Shown in pieces: positions 38,636 to 49,156 of a stretch of DNA of 64,000 nt; positions within the stretch are counted from its first letter, which is position 1, and each line of letters starts with the position of its first letter. Below the pieces are notes generated by a model. It made no database searches. It had not been told where the DNA came from and worked only from the letters and a program-made list of their open reading frames with translations. Location of the stretch: positions 1-64,000 of the IMG/VR virus record IMGVR_UViG_3300025151_000022. One strand, given 5' to 3'. The DNA comes from a virus. A program made the position numbers and the translations under genes.

Positions 38636-39373
38636 CTATGAAATATACTCAGAAATTTTATACCTTGTTCTTAGAGTAAAATATTTATTGGGAGTGGAAT
38701 AGGATCCTGAAACTTCAGTAAATACGAAAATCCCAAAAATAGATCCGTCACTATCAGTACTTGGACCCGTACCCGTACTTGGTGTTCCATTACCACCTAA
38801 ATTCCACATACCATTGGTGGACGTAGAAGATGTATTTAATACTTGATATTGAGAATTGTGGTCTGACTTCGAAGTTTGTCCGTAACCACTTCTTTCAAAA
38901 TTAGAATCGGTAGTTGTAATTTCAGCCATAACAGTTCCAGTGTTAGGATTTTCTATATCTATGTCGTCTATTGCAAAATCACCAGCATAACTTGTTCCAG
39001 AAAGATAATAAATATAAAGTACTCCATCAGTTGGCAATTCAACTAAAATTTCTCCCCATGAAGCTGAACTAGAAGACTGTTGCTGTCCACTGAAGGAGGA
39101 AATAGGATTTCCCCCATCTTTACTAAATTCTAGATCTTCAGGAGAAGTAGAGAAATCTGGAGCATATCCTAGTGAAAAAGTCCCTATATTGTAACCATAT
39201 GCATGATAAGGAATTCTTAGTTGATACGCTGCAGCACCCGAACTAGCCCTTGGGGGTGATGCTAAACCAGTTCTTCTTGTTGAACGAAAATATTCAGCAC
39301 GACCTCGGTTAAGTCCTCTTTCAGTAGCCTTTCTTTTCTGACCTGTTCCCGTCCTAAAACTTTTTACGCCCAT
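38636..39373 (-). CDS. MAM-like domain protein, apparently circularly permuted
   Basis: YHAYG...GQQ...W...GDFAIDDI precedes W...TPSTGTGP..D...FVFTEVS. Confidence 0.65.
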   Translation of the reverse strand: MGVKSFRTGTGQKRKATERGLNRGRAEYFRSTRRTGLASPPRASSGAAAYQLRIPYHAYGYNIGTFSLGYAPDFSTSPEDLEFSKDGGNPISSFSGQQQSSSSASWGEILVELPTDGVLYIYYLSGTSYAGDFAIDDIDIENPNTGTVMAEITTTDSNFERSGYGQTSKSDHNSQYQVLNTSSTSTNGMWNLGGNGTPSTGTGPSTDSDGSIFGIFVFTEVSGSYSTPNKYFTLRTRYKISEYIS

Positions 39374-39375
39374 GT

Positions 39376-39771
39376 TTAGATGTCTGTATCACCAAGAAGT
39401 TGGAAATTAACCACAGTTCCAATTCCAGATCCTCCGTTAGTTGAAGGTGAAATTTCTACAACTATTTGATCACTACCTGTCATAGTAATTGGATAGTTTG
39501 TTTCATAGAAAAATGTTTCACTATCAGCGAGATCAACTCTTGCCATTCTATAAGAAGTATTTGCATGAGAAAGAACATTCTCACCGGTTGGATAAAAATA
39601 AAGAGAAGTAACAATAGAACCAATTCCTACGTTATGCATTACAATTCCTTTGATATAACTCGTACTCGTTACACCAAGAGGAGTTACTGATTGACCTACA
39701 GTAAAAATACCAACAGTAGTGACTCCTGCCACCGAGATTACATCAGTTAATTTTGTCTTTTGAAGAGCCAT
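39376..39771 (-). CDS. Small beta-sandwich adaptor protein, related to 21451-21783
   Basis: SYIKGIVMHN...PITMTGSDQI...NFQLLG pattern. Confidence 0.65.
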   Translation of the reverse strand: MALQKTKLTDVISVAGVTTVGIFTVGQSVTPLGVTSTSYIKGIVMHNVGIGSIVTSLYFYPTGENVLSHANTSYRMARVDLADSETFFYETNYPITMTGSDQIVVEISPSTNGGSGIGTVVNFQLLGDTDI

Positions 39772-39799
39772 CTTATTTTCTAAGTTTTTCTATTATTTA

Positions 39800-40486
39800 T
39801 TAAAGAAACAGTGATGCGGTAACATCATTAGCTTCACCGACTTGGTTATTGGTAATATCAATAGTAGTATCACCGAGAGCGTTTGATCTAATTGCAAACG
39901 TTTGCCCTACACCAATAAAATTTATTTGAGTTGCAATACCAACAAAACTACCTGCAGATGAAATTCCAACAGCAGCATTAAACTGAGAACTAACCCCCGT
40001 TAATCTATTTCCAAGTCCAGAAAAAGTAACTGCAGAAACGGTTCCAAGACCACTCCAAGAAGGTCCCCCAGTACTTATTTTTGATGGTGTGACAGCGCCA
40101 TCAAGAACTGTATCAGTTCTATTTGGAGATGTCCCCTGTAAACTTAATCCATGAAAAGTAAGACCACTTGCTGGAGGGATATAAAAAGTGACTTCTGCTG
40201 GATGTGTATCACTGGTTGTGTATGCTGAATATGGTTCTTGAGTAATACCACCAACATTTAATAGATACTTCTCTGCTTGTCCAGGAAGTCCAGGAGATCC
40301 ATTTATATTGATGGGGAAAGTAGTTCTATTTCCATCAAATAGATGAGCGATAGTATCAATTTTTTTAATATCTCGTGAAGAACCTTCATAAAAACTTCTC
40401 CACTTGGTTCCATCCCAACGGTAAAAGAATTCACCAGTGAAAAATACTGTTCCTATTCCTGGATTATCTGGAAAATTGAGTCCCAT
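39800..40486 (-). CDS. Short fibre/virion protein
   Basis: MGLNFP..P..G...Y.WDGTKW, FDGNRTTF, VGGITQEP, KISTGGPSW motifs typical of cyanophage fibres. Confidence 0.75.
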   Translation of the reverse strand: MGLNFPDNPGIGTVFFTGEFFYRWDGTKWRSFYEGSSRDIKKIDTIAHLFDGNRTTFPININGSPGLPGQAEKYLLNVGGITQEPYSAYTTSDTHPAEVTFYIPPASGLTFHGLSLQGTSPNRTDTVLDGAVTPSKISTGGPSWSGLGTVSAVTFSGLGNRLTGVSSQFNAAVGISSAGSFVGIATQINFIGVGQTFAIRSNALGDTTIDITNNQVGEANDVTASLFL

Positions 40487-40504
40487 TATTTCAATACTTT
40501 TTTG

Positions 40505-40512
40505 TATTTATA
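40505..40512 (-). promoter_or_regulatory. T4 late promoter TATAAATA
   Basis: Exact consensus, intergenic. Confidence 0.8.
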
Positions 40513-40527
40513 TGGTTTTTACTATTA

Positions 40528-42672
40528 TTAATCGTAGATTCGTTTTTTACCACCATCAAGAACCATACCAGAGAACTGGACATTCCAAGGTTGTCCAGTA
40601 TTAGTATCCCAAATTACAAGACGATAATATTCAGTACCGTAATACCATGTTGGTTCACTACCATCAACCTTTGGTTTAATTCTGCATGTTCCGACTCCAC
40701 CTGATATAACTATTTCTCCATCCAAGTTGTTGAAATAGAAAGATTGTCCAGGTGCGGGTCCAGGATCTGGTTGATCCCAGTCACCATCAAAAGAGTTTCC
40801 ATAACTACTACCTTCTTCACTTCTGTTTCTAATTTGGAAGTAAACAACAGTTCCATCCTGAACTGGTGCGTTAAAGTCGAAATCATATGTAGTTCCTTCA
40901 TATACAGCAAATCCTGGCGCATTTATCCAGGAAAATACTGGTTCAGAAATACCTACAGTTGAACCAGTAGCGACTAGATTAGTTCTTGCGGAATCGGTAT
41001 ATACTTTAATAAAATAATCTTCCCATTCATTATTATTATTATCTGGTGCAATAGAAACGTTGACAGTTGCTGTACCTGGAATTCCTAAAATAGAAGTGTC
41101 AGCAACAGATACAATAGAAGAACCAGTTGTTGAGGAAAAGTCTGCAGATGTTGCCCCAGTGTTAGAGTTAACTTCCCAATACAAAGTAGTTCCGGCAAAC
41201 ACATCTGTAGTATTGATAGTTGAAATAGCTACTACATTTTCTGGTGTTGAGAATGGTGATATTATACTATAAGTTGGATCTTGAGAAATGTCAGTGATAG
41301 TTACAGATGCAGAATTTGCAACATTATATTGTTCACCCAATGAAGAATCTGTATAAAGTGACATATAAAATGTCTCGGAACCTTCAGTAGTTTGATCGTC
41401 TATCGCTCGAATAGTAACAGTACCAGTATTATTGTTAATTGTTACTGATCCATTCATTGCATCAAAGTCTGCAGTTTGACTAGGCATTATAATTTTCCAA
41501 TATAAAACAGTTCCATCGAATATATCGGTTGTAGTAACTCCAAAACTAAAATGGGATCCCTCATTAATTGAAGATGGTACATTAGTCCATGTATATGTTG
41601 GATCTTCGGATGTATCATTAATTGTAGTTGGGACGAGTTGAGTGCCCAAAACATATGAAGTTGCTGCCGCACCAGTTCTAGCTACAAGACTAAATGTTTC
41701 ACTTCCTTCTGTAAGTTGATCTAGAGTTGGTGTTAATGTAACTACGTTTGTTCCAGAAGCATCAATTGTAAATGAACCTGACATAGATGTATCAAAATCT
41801 GCAGCAGTTGAAACTCCAGATACGGCATAATATACAGTATATCCAATTGGAGCACCAGTTGTGGTAAATGTGAAATCTATATTACTTCCTTCATCTACAG
41901 ATGGGGCACTTGGTAAGATGTCAACTTCTGGATAATCTGTTGTATCATTAATTTGAATACTTTCCGAAGTTGTATATATTCCTCCAGTGTATCCCCCAGC
42001 TCTGATATTAATTACAAATAATTCTGTGCCTTCTGTGATATAATCAGGCTCTATATTAATAGTTGTTGTTGATGACGCAACACCTCCCCCACTTGCTCCA
42101 TCAAGAGAAACTATTCCATATGACACTGTTACAAAATCATCATCATCAAGATTAGCACCAAGAGCACCACTGCCATCAAATGTATAATATACTATACCAG
42201 GTACTGGTTTGTTAGTAGTGACATCAAATGTAAAAGAACTTCCCTCATCTACCGATGTAGAAGAAGGCGTGACAGTGTAAACTGGATCTTGAGATGAATC
42301 GGATATTACAACAGTTCGTTGAGCTACAATTTGACCAGTAATACTTCCCCTGCGAAGAGAAATTGTAACGGTTTCAAATCCTTCAGTAAAATAATCTTCT
42401 GTAGTTGTAAATGAAAAAGATCCTGAATCGTTATTAATAGTAAAATTACCAAATGTGGAGTTTTCGACGAAATCAAATTGAGTTACATTTACCCCAGTCA
42501 ATGTGTAATATAATACAGTTCCATCTAAAATGTTAGTAGTCGTAATATCAAAAGTTACTGTTTGATCTGTTGTTTCATCTAGAGAAGTTCTAGATGCAGT
42601 CATGTCAAAAGTAGGACTTGGTGGTGTTCTACCAGCAGCGTTTCCAGAAGTAGCAGATGCGATAATAGGCAT
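40528..42672 (-). CDS. Calx-beta-like repeat virion protein
   Basis: About 6 repeats of S(V/I)DEG...T...GTVLY...DF...D..TEG.ETF...I.DTS. Confidence 0.8.
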   Translation of the reverse strand: MPIIASATSGNAAGRTPPSPTFDMTASRTSLDETTDQTVTFDITTTNILDGTVLYYTLTGVNVTQFDFVENSTFGNFTINNDSGSFSFTTTEDYFTEGFETVTISLRRGSITGQIVAQRTVVISDSSQDPVYTVTPSSTSVDEGSSFTFDVTTNKPVPGIVYYTFDGSGALGANLDDDDFVTVSYGIVSLDGASGGGVASSTTTINIEPDYITEGTELFVINIRAGGYTGGIYTTSESIQINDTTDYPEVDILPSAPSVDEGSNIDFTFTTTGAPIGYTVYYAVSGVSTAADFDTSMSGSFTIDASGTNVVTLTPTLDQLTEGSETFSLVARTGAAATSYVLGTQLVPTTINDTSEDPTYTWTNVPSSINEGSHFSFGVTTTDIFDGTVLYWKIIMPSQTADFDAMNGSVTINNNTGTVTIRAIDDQTTEGSETFYMSLYTDSSLGEQYNVANSASVTITDISQDPTYSIISPFSTPENVVAISTINTTDVFAGTTLYWEVNSNTGATSADFSSTTGSSIVSVADTSILGIPGTATVNVSIAPDNNNNEWEDYFIKVYTDSARTNLVATGSTVGISEPVFSWINAPGFAVYEGTTYDFDFNAPVQDGTVVYFQIRNRSEEGSSYGNSFDGDWDQPDPGPAPGQSFYFNNLDGEIVISGGVGTCRIKPKVDGSEPTWYYGTEYYRLVIWDTNTGQPWNVQFSGMVLDGGKKRIYD

Positions 42673-44408
42673 TAGTCAAAAATAGTTAGTTGTCCGAGTA
42701 CTTTCCATGCATTATTTACTCTAAGCATTGTAAATGTTACAGTATCTATATTAAGTGTACTTGGTGTTGGTTGAACTCCACCTTGCCACTTAATCACTTG
42801 AGCAACACCATCTATTTTAAATCCACTAGGAACATATCCATTTACTCCTTGATCTAAAATCAAAGTCATTGCTATTGCTCTGTTATTAACAGTTGGTACA
42901 TTAGTAGCATTAACAGTAAAATTGCCTGCGATTGAAGTGTGATACCATAATGCACTGGTTTCTAAATCATGTTCAACATCACCACCTCCACCAGCACCGG
43001 TTAAGTTTCCAACAACTTCAGTGACCTCATTAATATTGAGAAATCCATTAACAGTAACAATGGATGCAGATAGGTTTGCTATTGTAGATATGCCATTTGC
43101 ATTGAAATTGGCAACAGTAGTAGTTCCAGAAATATTAACATTATCTAATTCGGATTGACCATATAATGTATTTCCAGAATCAGAAGATATAAATCTTGCA
43201 TTACTATTGTTATAAATTTCAATACCGCCATCATGTGTTATAGAAAGTATATTTTCTGATGTCTGTATTCTTAAATCATTTAATCTTGGATTATCAATGA
43301 TACTCCTTGTTCCATCGTGATATATTTGTAAATCAGTATTATCACCCAAAAGAATTTTCCCATTATCAGAGAATGTAGCTGTAATAAAACCTACTGTATC
43401 TGAAAATGTAGAAACTCCACTTACTTCTAAACCACCGTTTAAAGATGCTGTAGCACCTACAGTAAAACTACCACTAGCAGAAAAATTACCCGTCGTAGCA
43501 GGTCCAGTAACAGTTAAACTATCCGCATTGATATGGATAAGATCAATTTCACCAACGTTAAATGGTGCCGCATCAATCCAGAATTGAGCAGTGCCTACTC
43601 CAGCAATTGCCTCATCGTAATAGACATAAGTTCTTCCATCAACAACATTATACCAAAGGTCTCCCCCATCTGGATCTGATGGTGCCTCAGTTCCAATACC
43701 AACAGTTGATTCTCCAGCACCTTCAAAATATACGGTTCCAATTCCAGAATCATAATATACAGTTGCAACACCAACTCCTCTGAAATCAAATAAAGTAACA
43801 GCAGCACCAACTAATGTACCAGGAACAGTAATATCATGAGGACCAGTTTGAATTCCAATACCATTTAGTTCGGTTACACCTTGAATACCAGCGTATCTAC
43901 CACCACTAACGTAAATACTTTTTCCACTAAAGTTTGCTCCATGGGGAAGATTATCTCCCATAAAGTGCAAGACACCTGCTTGATAATCAAAAAACCATTC
44001 GTCATTATTTTCAGAACCAGCAGCAAATAATTGAGTTCCACTTGATGCAGCATTAGCAGCATCTCCAGAAGTATGGAGATATATTTTTACTGCATATGTT
44101 GCACCAAATTCTGGTGGAATCCAATCACTATGTCCAGTTGTCCAAGTTCTATTTAATGTTGCAGTACCATCCGCAGTAGTTTCTACTGGATTTGTTGTTG
44201 GGTAAACTGTTACAAGATTTGTACTGCTTGCTGGTAATGTAGTAGGTACTTCGTCTGATTGTGCCCAGACATTACCACCTCTCATAAGTATGGGACTAGA
44301 AATAGACTCATTATTCGCGTGCTTATTAGCACTTACATCAGTCTTTGCTTTGCCATAACCAAGTTTTTTCCAAAGATAATCAACTTTTTGGGAATCTGAA
44401 ATTGCCAT
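42672..44408 (-). CDS. Tail fibre / baseplate-attached protein
   Basis: N-terminal KVDYLWKKLGYG...WFFDYQAGVL, GDLWY..WIDA module, DLQIYHDG; C-terminal W.GG..P domain. Confidence 0.78.
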   Translation of the reverse strand: MAISDSQKVDYLWKKLGYGKAKTDVSANKHANNESISSPILMRGGNVWAQSDEVPTTLPASSTNLVTVYPTTNPVETTADGTATLNRTWTTGHSDWIPPEFGATYAVKIYLHTSGDAANAASSGTQLFAAGSENNDEWFFDYQAGVLHFMGDNLPHGANFSGKSIYVSGGRYAGIQGVTELNGIGIQTGPHDITVPGTLVGAAVTLFDFRGVGVATVYYDSGIGTVYFEGAGESTVGIGTEAPSDPDGGDLWYNVVDGRTYVYYDEAIAGVGTAQFWIDAAPFNVGEIDLIHINADSLTVTGPATTGNFSASGSFTVGATASLNGGLEVSGVSTFSDTVGFITATFSDNGKILLGDNTDLQIYHDGTRSIIDNPRLNDLRIQTSENILSITHDGGIEIYNNSNARFISSDSGNTLYGQSELDNVNISGTTTVANFNANGISTIANLSASIVTVNGFLNINEVTEVVGNLTGAGGGGDVEHDLETSALWYHTSIAGNFTVNATNVPTVNNRAIAMTLILDQGVNGYVPSGFKIDGVAQVIKWQGGVQPTPSTLNIDTVTFTMLRVNNAWKVLGQLTIFD

Positions 44409-44424
44409 TTTTTTAAATAATCTC

Positions 44425-47400
44425 CTAACTTATGCTGAGGCTTGATACGGTTTGACCTGTGTTTAGGGCAATTCTAACTAAAACAACATTACCAGTAGCA
44501 TTACTCATGTTTTCACTTCCCAAAGTCAATGTGAATGCATCATTTATTGCTGATCCTGTTGTAACTCTGTCACCAGAAGTAAAGGCACAACCATCACTTC
44601 CATTACCACCAGCACCAGATCCTGGAACGCCAGAACCAGCATATGTGACACTGGCATTTAGCCATCCATTTAAACCACTAGTACTATCTATTTGAGTTCC
44701 TGGTGCAGCAATCCAAAGACCATGAATACCAGTAGAACTATTAATATTTACAGTAAAGTTTGCAACTAATTGTCTTCTAAATGCAAAAGTAAAATATTGA
44801 GTTCCTGTATCAAGAGTTCTATCTGGTCCTACTGGTAAATATCCATCAGAATAATCAGTAACATCATACTTCAGGACGCCAAATCTGACGGTCGCTTCTT
44901 TAGTTCCTGATACTCCAGGATCAGAAGACTCAGTGTATGGATTATTAGTATAGAAATTAGTGGATCCATTAAATGATGGATTATCTGTAGTTGCTGCGTT
45001 AAAATCAAAAATTCTAACACCATCATCATCAAAAACTGATCCTAGCGCATCAGCGACAGGAACTGCAATTTCACTAATTCCACTCTGTGATGCAGTATGA
45101 ACATTAATTTTAGTAGGAAGATCACTTGTATATGAACCAAATCCATTATTATTTTGTGCGCGAATCTTTAATTTATTGACGCACCTAACGTTAGATGTGG
45201 TAATATCAACAGGTAAAATGCCAACATTATATTCACCAATTGTTCCAACTCCTGCATTTGGTATTCCTCCTGTCAACATTGGAGAAATAAGATTATTGAC
45301 CTGGGTATAAGAGAAATCACTATTCTGAATAGAACTTCCAGTTGTTCCTTCTAAATTAGTAGAGTCGTCAATTTCAATAATATTTGTGACATTTGCATAA
45401 GTGTTTCCTGTTAAATTATCTACTGCCAATCCACTAACTCTAATTTGAGGTGAATTGCTATTATAATATGGAATTCCTGAAATAAATCTTTTTGTTCCTC
45501 CACTCAATTCAGTAACTTGTGCTGATGTAATATTAACGTTAGGAGTTGCTGTTAGATAGTCGCGCATAAACTCGGCAACATTTGTATTACCACTTTCAGT
45601 ATGAGTTAGTTGCATACCATTCATACCAAATGGTAAAGATGAACTAGTAATACCTGCTTTAAATCCTCTAGCAAATCCAGGATAATAAATGCTGTCTGCA
45701 AGTGTAAGATCATCACCATCAGCATCTAAAAGTTGATAATCTTGTTCGGAGAAAATTATCAAGTCCAGGTAAGTTCCAGATTGATCACCAGTGGTGAGAG
45801 TTCTTCCACCACGACCTACTCCATTCACTAATGCCTGTAAAAATCCACTGTCAGCATTATATGCAAAAGATTGAAGAGGTCCAGCAGTTGCGACTCCAGT
45901 TACTCTATTTACAAGATCTCCTGCAGTTAAACTCGTTCCACCTGGAATATTATCGGCAAATCCAACAGCAAGTCTTGCAGATACTCCAACACTTGCTGGT
46001 GGTGGTAAAGTTTTGGTACTTAAATTATTTGGTAAAGTTGGAGTATCTTCATATACTTTGATTTGTTTTGTACCACTTAGAGGAAGAATTGCTGGATCAG
46101 CAGTCGTATGTGTTGCAAGAGTTAAAGTGATTGTATCCAATCCAGTGCTCTTTGTACCTTCAACCCACTGATGCCCAAGTCTAGGAGCACTTTCACTGGC
46201 TCCGCCACCAACAGTATTACTATTAACAAGAGAAATAGCAGATTCATCTCCCCAATTTATGGAATATGTAGGACTTACTCCATTTGATGTTCTTGTAGTA
46301 TTATTATCTAAGTACAGGTATTCTCCTTCAAGAACATATAGATCGTTTCCTGTAAGTGCAGTTCCTCCAGTGGTTGTTCTGTAAAGTTCAAATGTGACAT
46401 CAGGATCTGGAGTGTATACAGTAATATAATTGCTTCTAGTCTGAGTTTGACTACTTCCTGCTCCAGCACCACTACTATCTTTTGCAGTTACTGCAACACT
46501 GAAAACTCCTCCAAGAGGATTAGTATAGGTATGAGATTTATTAGCAGTAGATTGATTGTAGTCAATATTTCCATCTCCCCAATCATAATCATAGAAGTCA
46601 GCATTGCCAGTATGAGTTACTGTTGCAGTAACTGTAAGTGGAGAACCTCCAGCGAGTGTATTTGCCGAAAAATCAACTTCTGTGACTGTAGTATTCTTAA
46701 TTATATTAAGTGCCAATTCATTAAGATCATCAATACTATCAATTAATTTAGTATTAGATGTAAATGTATTGAGTGCGCCAGGTGTTACTAAATTGCCATC
46801 CGTATTTCCAGTGCCAAGTGTTAGATTGCCACCACTTCCGGAGTAACTAGTCGCAGAAACAACCCCTACAAAATTTTTCTCAGTAGATGAAATTGTTCCA
46901 GATAGTACACCTTTATTATAAAGGTATAAAATATCTTCATCTGCACTCGCTGTACTTTCTGCAATGATGAATGTATCAGAATCAACGTCTCTTAATCCAG
47001 CAAGACTATTCCAAACATTACCCCCACCATATCCTTCAAATGTGTTGAGAGTATTATTATATCTTATTTGACCTATTTCTGCAGGAGAAGGTCTTTCGGT
47101 TGTTGCACCAACTGGAAGTCTAAGAGTTGCAGCACTATCAATAACAACTGAAGACTTGAAAGTAGCTAGTTGTTCAACTGTTAATGAATTATCAATACTG
47201 GTTTTTCCGCCAATTATAACAGTATCTCCACCTCCAACAATATTTGCTTCATTGGAATAAACATTAAATACTGTTCCAGATGATCCAACAATAAACTGAT
47301 CTGTGATAGTAGCTGTATTTGACGCTACTTTTCCTTTAACGTCAAGAGTTGCGTTTGGTGTTGTAGACCCAACGCCAACTCTGTTTGTGATAGAATCTGC

Positions 47401-47463
47401 CACAATGAGGTTTTCATTAACCTCAATACCATTTTTTACGACAAAATTCTTACTTACTGCCAT
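44425..47463 (-). CDS. Virion structural protein with PKD-like domains
   Basis: KNFVVKNGIEV, P.G.T.ERP...G.IRYN...FEGY, YDWGDG...HTY (PKD). Confidence 0.8.
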   Translation of the reverse strand: MAVSKNFVVKNGIEVNENLIVADSITNRVGVGSTTPNATLDVKGKVASNTATITDQFIVGSSGTVFNVYSNEANIVGGGDTVIIGGKTSIDNSLTVEQLATFKSSVVIDSAATLRLPVGATTERPSPAEIGQIRYNNTLNTFEGYGGGNVWNSLAGLRDVDSDTFIIAESTASADEDILYLYNKGVLSGTISSTEKNFVGVVSATSYSGSGGNLTLGTGNTDGNLVTPGALNTFTSNTKLIDSIDDLNELALNIIKNTTVTEVDFSANTLAGGSPLTVTATVTHTGNADFYDYDWGDGNIDYNQSTANKSHTYTNPLGGVFSVAVTAKDSSGAGAGSSQTQTRSNYITVYTPDPDVTFELYRTTTGGTALTGNDLYVLEGEYLYLDNNTTRTSNGVSPTYSINWGDESAISLVNSNTVGGGASESAPRLGHQWVEGTKSTGLDTITLTLATHTTADPAILPLSGTKQIKVYEDTPTLPNNLSTKTLPPPASVGVSARLAVGFADNIPGGTSLTAGDLVNRVTGVATAGPLQSFAYNADSGFLQALVNGVGRGGRTLTTGDQSGTYLDLIIFSEQDYQLLDADGDDLTLADSIYYPGFARGFKAGITSSSLPFGMNGMQLTHTESGNTNVAEFMRDYLTATPNVNITSAQVTELSGGTKRFISGIPYYNSNSPQIRVSGLAVDNLTGNTYANVTNIIEIDDSTNLEGTTGSSIQNSDFSYTQVNNLISPMLTGGIPNAGVGTIGEYNVGILPVDITTSNVRCVNKLKIRAQNNNGFGSYTSDLPTKINVHTASQSGISEIAVPVADALGSVFDDDGVRIFDFNAATTDNPSFNGSTNFYTNNPYTESSDPGVSGTKEATVRFGVLKYDVTDYSDGYLPVGPDRTLDTGTQYFTFAFRRQLVANFTVNINSSTGIHGLWIAAPGTQIDSTSGLNGWLNASVTYAGSGVPGSGAGGNGSDGCAFTSGDRVTTGSAINDAFTLTLGSENMSNATGNVVLVRIALNTGQTVSSLSIS

Positions 47464-47495
47464 TTCGGGTTCACTCTCCCCCGCTTAGTTTTTAT

Positions 47496-47503
47496 TATTT
47501 ATA
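47496..47503 (-). promoter_or_regulatory. T4 late promoter TATAAATA
   Basis: Exact consensus, intergenic. Confidence 0.8.
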
Positions 47504-49156
47504 CTAGGTTAAAGTACTACCATAATCTTCAATTTTTATATAACCATAATCATTATTACCACCAACAGTTGAAGAAATTATAGTAATTTCTCCGTTAGAA
47601 TATCCAGATCCACCTCCACCACCGGATCCATCTGATAATGCCGCTGATCCACCTTCAACTCCAGCGCCACCACCTCCTTGATTTCCACTACCATTACCAC
47701 CGTTTCTTCTAAAATTTCCTCCTGCTTTATAACCCCTATCTATCTGTGCAGTTTGTGCAATCTCAGTTCCACTAGAGTTTCTATACTTTATATTACCTAA
47801 GTTTTGACATTGAGAATATCCTTGATTCGCCCAGTAATCACCTACAGTACATGTTGAAAGTTTTCCTCCAACTATATTATTTGAATTATTGCTATACGAT
47901 GTAGTGTTATTAAAGTTCACTGTTTTTGCATACGATCCAACGTCATCTAATACACCAATATTAAATCTTACTCCTCCATTTCCACCATTTCTTCCTACAC
48001 CATCTTCTCCAGCAAGATTTACTCCACCACCATCACCACCTCTATTATTTTGTCCGCCACCGCCACCTCCGCCGCAGACTGCAACTAAGTTTGCTCTTCT
48101 ATGAAAAATGGATGCTCCTCCCCCACCAACAACTCCACCAAAATCATTACTGCCGCCAACTGAATATGGAACGCCAAGTCTAATGAAGTATTCTTCATCT
48201 TGATTTAAAGTTAATCGGAAAGAAGATAATCCACCCTCACCACCACGATTTCCATTTTTAGTATCGCCCTTAGAACCACCCAAAGTAATAAGAACATCAA
48301 CATCTTTCTCTGTTGGATATATTACAACAGATCTTTCGTCAGAGTCATTTGCGTCAAATTCTAAGAATCCTTGATTGACTAAATCTTTAACTCCTCCACC
48401 ATTCCAAGAAGAATCTACTAGTTCATATGCAAGTATAGACCTTGCAGAAACAACATTTAATAATATGTCATTACTTACTACTTGAGAAGGTATTGCGTTT
48501 GGATTTGATACTGTGCAATTTACAAGATAAGTTCCAATGCCAAGATTTTGCCCATCAATGTCCCCTGTCGTAACTGTATATGTTGTTGATTGATCACCAC
48601 TAGCATATGCAGGTTCATTTATGATTTGCCCATCAATTCTCCATTGATATGATAATGCACTATCATCCGTGATAGTTGCAGATACATTAAATGTTGCATT
48701 TTGGTTTTCTGCAGTAGTTACTGTAGTCGCAGCAACAGATACTCCTATTTCGGGTGCAGTAATTACAATAGCTACATCAGAATTTTTCGGATCTACTACT
48801 GCATTTCCAGTTGTTCCATTTGCATATGCTGAAGGAATATAGTCTGCACGAAGAAAAAATTGATCTTGGGCGTTGTTGGGGTTTAGAAGATTTGTGACCG
48901 TAAGACTTGTAGTTGCTGATCCAACTACGTTATTACTATCGATTAAAGGTCCGCTATTGTTATACCACTGATAAACAATTGATCCAGTATTTGATGATCT
49001 CTCTGTTTGCCCCTCTGGAAATATTGCAGTAGCAAATCCAGATAGTGTTACAGAACCTCGATGGTTTGTCGTAAGTCCGACAGGATTTTCGGTGAAGACT
49101 ATCGTTGGACCATTAAGATCCAACGTTGTGTTTACTTTGGGGAATAACTCACTCAT
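47504..49156 (-). CDS. Ig-like + glycine-rich virion protein
   Basis: Two YQW Ig-like repeats and a C-terminal GGGGGG-rich domain. Confidence 0.78.
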   Translation of the reverse strand: MSELFPKVNTTLDLNGPTIVFTENPVGLTTNHRGSVTLSGFATAIFPEGQTERSSNTGSIVYQWYNNSGPLIDSNNVVGSATTSLTVTNLLNPNNAQDQFFLRADYIPSAYANGTTGNAVVDPKNSDVAIVITAPEIGVSVAATTVTTAENQNATFNVSATITDDSALSYQWRIDGQIINEPAYASGDQSTTYTVTTGDIDGQNLGIGTYLVNCTVSNPNAIPSQVVSNDILLNVVSARSILAYELVDSSWNGGGVKDLVNQGFLEFDANDSDERSVVIYPTEKDVDVLITLGGSKGDTKNGNRGGEGGLSSFRLTLNQDEEYFIRLGVPYSVGGSNDFGGVVGGGGASIFHRRANLVAVCGGGGGGGQNNRGGDGGGVNLAGEDGVGRNGGNGGVRFNIGVLDDVGSYAKTVNFNNTTSYSNNSNNIVGGKLSTCTVGDYWANQGYSQCQNLGNIKYRNSSGTEIAQTAQIDRGYKAGGNFRRNGGNGSGNQGGGGAGVEGGSAALSDGSGGGGGSGYSNGEITIISSTVGGNNDYGYIKIEDYGSTLT

